A stretch of 63,495 bases of DNA, counting the filler, from Chrysochromulina tobinii (lineage: Eukaryota): assembly GCA_001275005.1 (NCBI GenBank). It is 9 parts of 9 records of this genome, joined end to end, with 100 filler letters (N's around TTAATTAATTAA, not from the genome) between each part and the next. Parts side by side here need not be neighbours in the genome. Positions count along the whole stretch, not along the records: positions 7,667 to 14,179 come from JWZX01000841.1; positions 14,280 to 25,989 come from JWZX01000842.1; 7 more parts are not named here. One strand, given 5' to 3'. A program made the position numbers and the translations under genes. The notes under the pieces are model-generated. The model was not told the DNA's origin. It was given only the letters and a program-made list of their open reading frames with translations, and did no database searches. This document shows positions 10,597 through 19,668 of this stretch, piece after piece (position 1 is the stretch's first letter; each line of letters starts with the position of its first letter).

Positions 10597-11032
10597 ACAC
10601 TCGGGTGTGTATTCGCGTGACGAACCCTGACGTTCCTTCGAGGATCCCTTTGGAAAACAAAATAAACATGAGTCCGCCACGATTTGGACGATATCGGCAA
10701 TCTATCGTTATTGCAAATGACCATATGGCAAATGTGGAGAGCGCGTGTCTATTATATTGGCGTTTTCCTTTTATTTGCAGAGAGTCTTATTAGACGAGAT
10801 AGCATGGTTGCTTGGACGAGAGTTTGGATTTTGCTTTTGGCACTGGTGGCGCGTTCTGCCGTCTATTGTATAGACCGCATGTAGCTTCTCGTATCTCGAG
10901 ACCCCCACATGCATTGCGTGTGCCTTACGCACCTACATGTCGTGTAGTGCACAACGTACGGTACATGCAGTTTGGTGTTTGCCGCCACCACGGCCTCTCA
11001 CCGACGGCTCTTACGCCGGGGGAGTCGCCATG

Positions 11033-11112
11033 ACTACGGGCTCAAGTGCAAGACCGCGATGGACATCGTGCGCGTGGTGCGGCGCGGCGAAGTCTCTCCG
11101 GTGCAGGTGCTC
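11033..11112 (+). repeat. Exact 80-bp copy of kinase coding sequence 9344-9423
   Basis: ACTACGGGCTCAAGTGC...GTGCAGGTGCTC is identical at both sites. Confidence 0.95.
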
Positions 11113-11154
11113 GGGCCAGTCAGAAGTAAGTCAGAATTGTGCAGGAAAAGAGTA

Positions 11155-11553
11155 TTACAGCCTATGGCATTTAGAGCCGTACTTAGACCCTGATGCCTCG
11201 TTTAGTAAGGTACTCACCGGACTCCATACCCGCACCGAATGCCGCTTGCTCGCGAGCACGGGCAGTGCATCGGGCGCCTTCAGCATCTGTGCATGCACCT
11301 TAACGGTGAAGATGGCATGGCACTTCAGCGCCTGGCTGCACGCTACAGGCCAGCTGCCCTCCGCCAACCGGACCTGGAGCGCGGCAGTGCACGATGGGCA
11401 GTTGACCTGGAACCATGAGGCGGGCGCCGTCGTGCCAAAGCCGCTCGGCATGGCCGCAGGACGACAGCACGGGCTGAACGGCAAAGGACCGGTCCTTTCC
11501 CATGGAAAAAGTTTCCGAAAAACCCTGAAGCTCTCAGGGCGCCTAATAGCCAA
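11155..11553 (-). pseudogene. Small zinc-ribbon-like ORF or gene fragment
   Basis: WFQVNCPSCTAALQVRLAEGSWPVACSQALKCHAIFTV: CxxC...CxxxxxC ribbon pattern; no other recognisable domain. Confidence 0.4.
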
Positions 11554-13625
11554 TTACAGAGCCGAGTGGGATAGACAAGAAGGCGGATCAGCAGACGGCC
11601 AAGGCGGCAGCGCAGCGGAGTGGTAACCCCAAGGCCGATCTGTGGCACGCAGCGAGTGCACGCTGCGCCATCGGCTGCTCTGAGTGCGGCTTGCCACGTG
11701 TGCTCTACTCGCTCAACCGCCTGTCACCCGAGGAGAAAGAAGAGGCGGGCTCAGTCCAAGCGGCACACGAAGCAGTGCCTTATCCAGTGCATCAGTCACG
11801 CTCAGCGCCCCCGCTTGTTTGTTTGAGACGGACGTCCAAGCAGTGTCTTCTCCCGGTGAACTCCTTCTAGGCGAGGGTTAGGGTTATCGAACAGCTGTAG
11901 TTGTACAGTGCAGCACGGCAGCACATTATACCCCGATCCCTTTAACCCTTAGGAACCGAACCGAACTCCCCGCCAGATGTCATTATATTACTCGACTTTT
12001 ACCAAAGAACCCTAATAAACCCATTCTACTTCCTGTCCATTTATGATCTGGATCCCGCGTGGCTGGCAGGCAGCAAGAAGCCCAAGGTGGCCAATGTGCT
12101 CGCCGTCAATGGACAGACGCTCGACACTGCTTGGGTTCGGGTTGAGCTGGTTGCTATGCTGCTCGCCTGGCAGCCAGTCACCGTGGGCGAGGCAATCATC
12201 TTCAGTGCGTCGCCTCCGCACACCCTTGCTTCCATCGGCCCTGCCGCTCACAATTTCGCCCCCTACGCTTTCCAAGCCAGTTTCATCAGATGTGACGAGC
12301 ATCGGGCTCATCAGAGAGTGAGTCCTATAGTCGCTTCAGTCTGAGTCCGAGTCATAATACCATTGCATCTGGCGGTAGTGCTCAACGAGGCGCTCGTGCT
12401 CTCTCGGACTTGGACATGACGCGCTCGTTGCGAGAATGAGTCCGAGTCGAGTTGATATGGGTGGCAAGACTGGATGTCGGTGGCAGCAGCATGCTGCGCA
12501 GCTTTCTGCCGGGGAAAGCCTTCAGGCCGAGATGGCTGATAAATTCGTCGACCATGTCGTACTTGACCATCTCAGACACGCTCGGTTCAATATCTCGTTG
12601 TTGGCGACGTTGGCTTCCGTGAGCGCCTGTAGCAGCCCCAGCCCCGTGCATCGGGTACCCGTCGGTCGCTCGCGCCCAAAGGCGCGTGCGGCGCTCGCGG
12701 AGGTTGAAGAAGGCCACCACATGGCGAACCAACGGAGAATCTGACCATGACCATCTGACCCAAGAATCAATCGGTTTTACGTCCTGTTTTGGGGTTTTTG
12801 GGTCAAGAGCACACTATGATTCACTATATTTCGGGGGTTAGTATGGGTCAAGCGCACATATAACAATTCCACAAACCCGATTCGTTAACACGAACTCCGA
12901 TGGCATTTCGAAACCACAGATTCCTTTTGGATGACCATCACGACGCGAGCGTTCCACAGCATGACCGCCCCAGGGCGCGCGACTTCGACGTGAACCATGC
13001 AAAGGGCCTGGTCTGACGTCGCTTATGGCGCCAATGGATTCTCCAGCCTTTCGTTCACATCCCCACGAACCTTGGACTCCCCAAACGACGAGGCAGCCCC
13101 CCAAAATGAAGCATTTCGAGCCTGTTTTCAGATTTTGATTTACCTAACCGCGTGTTTTTAGATTTATCGCGTGTTTTTAGATTTACTGCTTTGCACCTGC
13201 GGTGCATATCTTCGGCTATGTATGCCAGGTCGGTTGCACTTTCTGTGCGCGTCACCCTTGTGTTCACCCGGCACTTTACGTGCTTGATCCCCTCTGCGGC
13301 ATTGATTGCGAGTCGGGTAGTACAAGGTCTCAGACGACGCGATGACCTCGACGGAGCAGTCGTGTTAATCCGCTGTGCATCATTGTCCGGCACTTTTTGT
13401 GCGTTTGTCACCCTCCTGTTTGCACTTTAGAACGTGCATTGACTGCGAGTCGGGAAGTTGCTTTTAACCAGCTCACACACCACACAACGAATTTTCTGCA
13501 TCGCGTAAACAATGATTGGGTATTCGTGCGCGCCGCGGGTCCGGGTGACGCCGCGCGACAATTTCACAGCCAATGTTTAGAATTCGACACCCACGCCGCC
13601 GCGACAATTTCACACTCCCCAAACG

Positions 13626-14179
13626 ATGGCGAGTGTGCCGAGGCCGAGGGCTCTTACTCGGTCGCCGTGCATGGCCGCTGCATGATGGAGCACTCTCTCG
13701 AGGGCGAGTGCTTCGGGCCCGCGCAGGCGCTGCACGGCTGCACGTACGTCGTCGACGCCATCGTCGAGGGTCCCAAGCTCCAAACGGGCGCAAACTACCT
13801 CGTCGACTTTTGCCCTGCGGAGCGGAGCGCGCGTGCTACCGTGAGCGGAGCGCAGCGCGCCTTGCATGACGCTCTCGGGTGCTACCATGAGCGCAACCTC
13901 GAAGAGCTCGATGAGTTCGCGGGCGAGAACACGATGTGCGAGCGCGTCGCGAGGGCCGTGTGGGAGCGCATGGCCGCGGTTCTTCCCGGCCCGCCTGCGC
14001 TCGCCGTGCTCCGTGTCGTCGTGCACGAGTCGGACGTGGCGCATGCGGCGTACGAGCGCGCGCGTGGCGCCGATGCGGCGCCCGCCCTGTGCACGGTGAG
14101 CGTCCGCGGCCGCTTCATGGCGGCGCGCGCTTCAGCGAGTCGCAGCAGCGGCTGCATGGCGGCACCTTCGTCGTCGACG
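13626..14179 (+). pseudogene. Bacterial-type 6-pyruvoyl-tetrahydropterin synthase (PTPS/QueD-like), tandem two-domain, frameshifted and truncated
   Basis: MMEHSLEGECFGPAQALHGCTYVVD...NLEELDEFAGENT...VVHESDVAHAAYER; a second domain starts TVSVRGRFMAA and continues after a frameshift as QQRLHGGTFVVD; ATG 13626 is out of frame with the domain. Confidence 0.75.
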
Positions 14180-14343
14180 NNNNNNNNNNNNNNNNNNNNN
14201 NNNNNNNNNNNNNNNNNNNNNNNTTAATTAATTAANNNNNNNNNNNNNNNNNNNNNNNNNNNNNNNNNNNNNNNNNNNNGAGGAGCCCAGTCGCATTTAG
14301 AGTGGTTGCTATCAAGTATCATGGAAAGCTCATATCTCGAAAA

Positions 14344-15393
14344 CTACATGCGCTTTTCTGACTCTACGGCTACGCGGTTCCCAAACCGCATCTGAGTCTG
14401 CAGTCTCGACGCGACGTGCTCAGCTCCTGTCACAGGTTCAGGAGATGCGTTCACGCCAGGCGGCTGCCCCACTACGAGACTCAGTCGGCCCCTCCGCGCG
14501 AGAGCTTCGTAGAAGACGAATTCGAGCTCCATCTTCTCACGGTCTCGTGAGCAGCAGACCCAGCGTGTGCGATTGCCCTGCGAGTACTTGTAGTTCATGC
14601 TCGGCCAACCTCGATGGGCTCGACAGCAAAAGGGCCAAAAGCCATATAGTCTGACCGAGTCGCACACTGCAAGCGCGAGTAGCACGGTCAGCAGCCCGCC
14701 GGAGGGCGCACTTCCCCGCAGCTCGCTGTTGCAGCGCGCTCCGTATCGGAGCAGCGCGTCGCTCAACGTGAATAGTCGATGAGACGGATATTGCTGCTGG
14801 TACTTGTCAAGCTTCGACGAAAATGCTTTCGACGCAAACACTCGGCCAGCGCCCTGTGTGCTCACGATGCATCCGTGCTCGACCTGGCTCGGCGCACATA
14901 GTAGCGCGTCGTACTCGTCGCCGTCTTTGGTCTTTCTCAGCGCACTGCGATTGGTGGCGAGCAACACCCACTTCTCAATAGGGACATGATTCACAACTCG
15001 CAAGGAGGTGCGCCGACCCACTGCAAACTCCCAACCGGCCGTAGGCGCGTTGTTCAGCCTCCAGACAAGCTTGTGGCTGTCGATCTCTTGGCCGCGGGGT
15101 GAAAGGCGCAACAAATCAGAGCTGCCAACGACTGCACAGCTGCCGCCGACCAGTTCCTTGGGCAGGTGGCCTCGAAGGAATTCCGCCCGAGGCGATTGCT
15201 GACATGGCACGTTTCCTCCGACCGCTTGCTGACCTATCCTATGCCACCCGGGTATTGGTCGGCTGTCCATTCGTCCAAGGAGCGGAGCGTCCACAGCGTG
15301 TGCTGGTCTGCGCTTCCTTTCATTCACAACACACCAACACGCAAAGACCAAACTCAAACCAAGCGTGAAGGTCGAACACCTCGCACACGTCAC
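14344..15393 (-). CDS. GT29 sialyltransferase-like type II membrane protein
   Basis: L motif CAVVGSS...EIDSHKLVWRLNNAPT...VGRRTSLR; S motif PSGGLLTVLLALAVCDSVRLYGFWPF; N-terminal TM. No in-frame ATG seen, so the start is uncertain. Confidence 0.85.
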   Translation of the reverse strand: MTCARCSTFTLGLSLVFACWCVVNERKRRPAHAVDAPLLGRMDSRPIPGWHRIGQQAVGGNVPCQQSPRAEFLRGHLPKELVGGSCAVVGSSDLLRLSPRGQEIDSHKLVWRLNNAPTAGWEFAVGRRTSLRVVNHVPIEKWVLLATNRSALRKTKDGDEYDALLCAPSQVEHGCIVSTQGAGRVFASKAFSSKLDKYQQQYPSHRLFTLSDALLRYGARCNSELRGSAPSGGLLTVLLALAVCDSVRLYGFWPFCCRAHRGWPSMNYKYSQGNRTRWVCCSRDREKMELEFVFYEALARRGRLSLVVGQPPGVNASPEPVTGAEHVASRLQTQMRFGNRVAVESEKRM

Positions 15394-15978
15394 AGCCGCT
15401 TCATTCTAATGCTCGCGACATGCAACGTGTACCGCGCTCACAGACACGGATCAGAGTCGCCATACCCCGGCGCTTCCTTTCACAGCTTCCGTTGTTTAAG
15501 TCAGGTCACAGTTTCAGTTTCAGTTTCAGTTTCTTCGCGGTCCCCCCACGCTCGCCCCTCCCCTCTCCCTACAGCTCCTCCATCACTCTCAGGTTACGGC
15601 GGGCTCCCTCTCTCGCGCGCCGCACTAAAAAGTTGCTTAAAGAGCACCAGTGGAGGTCCGACCCGTCGCAGCGGCACTCTCTCTCTCGTAGCAGAACCAG
15701 AAGTCGGAACGGTAAAGAGCAGAATCGATTGCCGATGGTACGCGCGGCCGCTCTAGCGGCTACGTCAAATCGATAGCTATTGCCCTACCGTTTCCATCCA
15801 ACCTCAAAGCAACGCCGCGCGGCATGCAACGGCCGATGGGCCGAGACCCGTGTAGGCCGTGTTGATGGCTGTCAATATCGTCCATTTGGCGATCTCGCTC
15901 CGCGACCTTGGCTCGGAGCTCGGCAATCAAGGTCAGCCGAGACACCGATCGATCACGCCTCAACATGCACGCATGCAT

Positions 15979-17598
15979 TCACGACCAGCCTTGCCCAGAC
16001 TGACTGCCCTCGGGCACACGTTTGACAGGAACCTGCTTGCCGCCGATGAGTCCTCCGAGGGTGAAGATATTCTTGATCGCGCTGCCTATGCCTCGCCGCT
16101 TCTTGGGCGGCGGCGCGTTGCCGTTCACATCTGCCACGGCGACGGCTGGAGCTGGCGCAGCGTGCATGGCCTCCGCTTTTTGCTCAGCTTGGGTGGAGGC
16201 TTTCGCGGCCTCTGCTCCGACCGTGCCGTCGTCGCCCGTGCCCTTGCTCTTGCCCGAGCGGAGGTGCCAGAGCTGCCGGAGCGGAGCTGTCATGTACGAC
16301 AGGACGGCGCCGCCCTGGGCAGTCACGAGATGGAAAGTGCTGCTCATCCGGGTGCTCGCGAGCGAGAGCGCGGCGGTGCCCCCTGCGTTCAGCTGCGAGA
16401 GATGGGCAGCACCCTCGGGGGTCTGCCCGTAGAGCTTTGCGCCCAGCGCGAGAGCCAGCGCGAGCACGAGGAGCGCCTGCTTGTAGGCCGACATGGTGAG
16501 CAGTGTCCAGGGTAGCGTGGCCAGGTTGTACGGCGCGTCGGCAACGAAGCCGACGGCAGTCCAGAAGAAGGAGGCTTCCCGACGGAGCTGGACCATATGC
16601 TCCCGATGCTTCCACAGGTCGAACTTGAAGTCCTCGGGAGCGTACCGGTAGGCGTTGCGCGCGTCGTCGACAGCCTCCGACCACATCTCGAGCTTCTCGT
16701 GGATCTGCGAGCGGCGAAAGTAGGCGGGCGCGTGGTGTGGCTTGATCTCGAGCGCCTCGTTCACCGCGGCCAGCGCGTCCTCGTAAGCGGGGTTCTTGAG
16801 GTTGGCCTTGCACATTGCGATCATCACGCAGCATGAGGTGAGCATCTCATCCACTTGCAGCCAGAAGCGCGTGAGTTGATTGTCCTCGAGCTTGTGGCCC
16901 TCGGCGAGCTCCTCGGCGCGCATCTCGCGCGCTGACTTGGCATCGTCCTTCATCGTGATCTTGCGGTCTCTCTTCTCGCAGTACTTGAAGAGGCCGTACG
17001 CATACTCATACTGGATGATCGCGTCCCGATACTTTTGGTCCTCCACCTTGGCGTCGCCACGCCCCTTGAACTCGTACGCCTGCTCAAGCCGCTGCTGCAG
17101 CGTCTTCTTGCGCAGCGGGTCGAGGCGCTCAGCGTGGAAGAGAGTGTTCTGGAGGTGCTGCGGGTACGATTGCCAAAGGAAGCGCTCCATGACCGCCTCC
17201 AGCTCCGAATAGTCTAACCCGCCGCGACCGCGGCCGCGACCGCCGCCCATACCCATGCCGCCGCGGCCGCCCATTCCCATGCCGCGGCCACCCATTCCCA
17301 TGCCACCCATGTGCGCGATGCCACCACCCGAAGCGAAGCCACTGCCATCGCCAAACGGGCCACCACCATACGGGCGACCAGAATCTCCCCAATCGCCGCC
17401 ATCGCCGTAGGGGCCACCGGCGCCATAGTTGCCCATGCCACCGCCCATCCCACCCAACCCGCCCATCCCGCCTATGCCACCGCCCATGCCAGGCATTCCA
17501 TAATCGCCGTAATCGCCGTATTCATCCGCCTCCCGCTCACGCTGCTTTTTTTTCCACATAGCGGCACCCACTCCTGCAGCGCCCAAAGCGAACTGCAT
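15979..17598 (-). CDS. TPR-repeat protein with Gly/Met-rich N-terminus and a hydrophobic segment
   Basis: FKGRGDAKVEDQKYRDAIIQYEYA, AVNEALEIKPHHAPAYFRRSQIHEKLEMWSEAVDDARNAY TPR motifs; ATG at 17598. Confidence 0.8.
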   Translation of the reverse strand: MQFALGAAGVGAAMWKKKQREREADEYGDYGDYGMPGMGGGIGGMGGLGGMGGGMGNYGAGGPYGDGGDWGDSGRPYGGGPFGDGSGFASGGGIAHMGGMGMGGRGMGMGGRGGMGMGGGRGRGRGGLDYSELEAVMERFLWQSYPQHLQNTLFHAERLDPLRKKTLQQRLEQAYEFKGRGDAKVEDQKYRDAIIQYEYAYGLFKYCEKRDRKITMKDDAKSAREMRAEELAEGHKLEDNQLTRFWLQVDEMLTSCCVMIAMCKANLKNPAYEDALAAVNEALEIKPHHAPAYFRRSQIHEKLEMWSEAVDDARNAYRYAPEDFKFDLWKHREHMVQLRREASFFWTAVGFVADAPYNLATLPWTLLTMSAYKQALLVLALALALGAKLYGQTPEGAAHLSQLNAGGTAALSLASTRMSSTFHLVTAQGGAVLSYMTAPLRQLWHLRSGKSKGTGDDGTVGAEAAKASTQAEQKAEAMHAAPAPAVAVADVNGNAPPPKKRRGIGSAIKNIFTLGGLIGGKQVPVKRVPEGSQSGQGWS

Positions 17599-17875
17599 TT
17601 CAGGTGTCGAACCTCCGTCGCGATAGGTGCTGGTCACAGGAGCGCGCGCAGGGTACGCACGAGCGGCAGAAATCCGTGGCGCCCAAGGCGACGCGCCGAA
17701 AGAGAGGAACGCTTACAGTACTCGAGACCGCCACCATTTTCCGTTTGGGAGTTGGGGGGCGTACCGAAGCGCCGCTTCCACATTCCATGTGCGTCTCACG
17801 AAACGTCGCGTTGAGCGTTTTCGGCGAATTGCGCCAGCTTGTGCTCCGTCGTCGGCGGACTGGTGGTGGCAATTG

Positions 17876-19333
17876 ATGGACTGGGACGTGTTGACAACTG
17901 CAGTTCGCCTCATTGATAGTTGGCTCCAGCAATGGCTGCACTCGGCACGCCGTGCTAGACGGCGGCTGGGCAGTGGTACGCAATTCAACTTGGACTTTTC
18001 AAGCCGCGAGGCTTCCATGGCCATTTTTGAGGAGGGCCATGGAAGCCTGCTCACCGACGGCACGCGCGCCTGCATGGAGTCATCGCACCTCGAGTACGGC
18101 GTGATGCTGGACCAGGCAACGGGCGAGCGCGGCTTGAGGATCAAGATGGATGACCATCCTACGTGCGGCAATGGCGCAGAAATTGCAGTCGGCCATCTGG
18201 CATCGTGGGCCACATTCTCCTATGGCGACTTTGAGTGGCGCGCGCGCATTCACCATACACCAGACGGCTCCGCACCGCCTGCCAACTCTTTCACGTGCCT
18301 CTCGACCTTTGTGCACGGCAGCCTCACGCACAACGAGTTGGCATGGTGCTTTCCGGCCAACGACGGGCGGGAGGTGCATATGGCATTCTGGTATGATGAC
18401 ACGATGCACCGCACGGCGAAGCGGTACCGCACCGACCTGACGCAGGGCTTGCACAATTACACCATCCGGTGGCGCGACGTTGGTATGGACTGGCTCATCG
18501 ACGCCGAGCTCGTTCACCAGATTCGAGGGGTGGCCGAGCGCACTGTGCCGTGGGAGCCGATGTCCATACGGGTCATCCTGCGTCCCAAGAACGTGCCCTC
18601 GGTCTTCCTGGGCGCTGCGCACCTGGAGCTTGCCCGTGTGAGCTACGAGTCCGCCTACTCAAGCGCGTCCGTCGAGAGCCTTCGGCAAGCGCTACCCGCG
18701 CGGGTCATGCCGCCTCCTCCGCCGACGGCGCGCTCCCCACCGCCGCCGCCGCCGCCTCACCGGTTCGCCTCACCGCCGCCCCCCTTCGTCGTCCTCTTCC
18801 AAGGTGCGCGCTTCATGTCGCCGCCGCCACTGCCGCCGCCGCCTGTGCCGCGGCGGCCGCCACCGCGGCTGACACCGCCACCAGTCATCCTGCCCCCTCC
18901 GCCGCCGCCTCCCCCGCCGCCCCCTCCCACGTTACCGCCGGGCGACGCCGCCGAAGGCGCGGCTGGGAGCAGCCTCGCCGGAGCTGTGGAGCAGTCGACA
19001 AAAGGCGCTGTAGTCGACCCCACGACTCCCATCACCGTGCCCGCATTCATGGCTGCGGAGGTGGCGGACGATGCCGTTGGGAAGCTCCTTGGGTACGGCT
19101 CGCTCGCCCTGGCGCTTCTGGTGGTGCTGGGCTGCTCCGTGCTCGTCTGCGGCTGCTGCAGCGCGCGCGCAGGCAAAAGAAAAATCGGCGTTCATGCGCG
19201 TCCGCCTGCCGGCCGAGGGCGACGTGGCTGGGGGGCACAGGCCTCTGACGGGGGCCGACGCGGCGGTGGCAGGCACACCATGCGCGCCACATGCTGTGGC
19301 CGCGTGGCCGATGAGGACGATGTGTTGTGGTAG
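17876..19333 (+). CDS. GH16-like domain + Pro-rich stalk + C-terminal TM
   Basis: FSYGDFEWRAR, HNELAWCF, GLHNYTIRW...WLID, VPWEPMSIRVILRP resemble the GH16 lichenase fold; poly-Pro; TM LALALLVVLGCSVLVC. Start uncertain. Confidence 0.7.
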   Translation: MDWDVLTTAVRLIDSWLQQWLHSARRARRRLGSGTQFNLDFSSREASMAIFEEGHGSLLTDGTRACMESSHLEYGVMLDQATGERGLRIKMDDHPTCGNGAEIAVGHLASWATFSYGDFEWRARIHHTPDGSAPPANSFTCLSTFVHGSLTHNELAWCFPANDGREVHMAFWYDDTMHRTAKRYRTDLTQGLHNYTIRWRDVGMDWLIDAELVHQIRGVAERTVPWEPMSIRVILRPKNVPSVFLGAAHLELARVSYESAYSSASVESLRQALPARVMPPPPPTARSPPPPPPPHRFASPPPPFVVLFQGARFMSPPPLPPPPVPRRPPPRLTPPPVILPPPPPPPPPPPPTLPPGDAAEGAAGSSLAGAVEQSTKGAVVDPTTPITVPAFMAAEVADDAVGKLLGYGSLALALLVVLGCSVLVCGCCSARAGKRKIGVHARPPAGRGRRGWGAQASDGGRRGGGRHTMRATCCGRVADEDDVLW

Positions 19334-19668
19334 TCAAAGCACTGTAGTGTCAACCGTACTTAACCGTACGTGCTCGTGCTATGATTTGCCGCGTCTCGCG
19401 CGTCTCGCGTCGTTGTGAACTCGCTCATACTCACGACCACCCGGCGCGTACCGCGGCGCCGTGGTGGCCGGTTTTCGACCGGCGCGGATTAGCACGTTGA
19501 AACACGCGACCCGTCACACCCCGGACACCGAGACCCACAGGCCACACACACATGTACCGCGTCACTTTGTACTCACCTCACGTCAGTTGAGAGGACGTGT
19601 GCTCCGTGATGAATCTGGGTCTGGCCGGAGCTGGGGCTGGGGCCGTGCACTCCTCCCAAGGTACGAAA

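Noticed and set aside
11875..11952. Telomere-like GGGTTAGGGTTA and TTTAACCCT
   Set aside because: Only two units, internal; insufficient for a telomere or healing site.
12012..13411. Short ORFs in the lower-GC stretch of contig 2
   Set aside because: No recognisable motifs or consistent frame; probably decayed repeats or transposon remnants.
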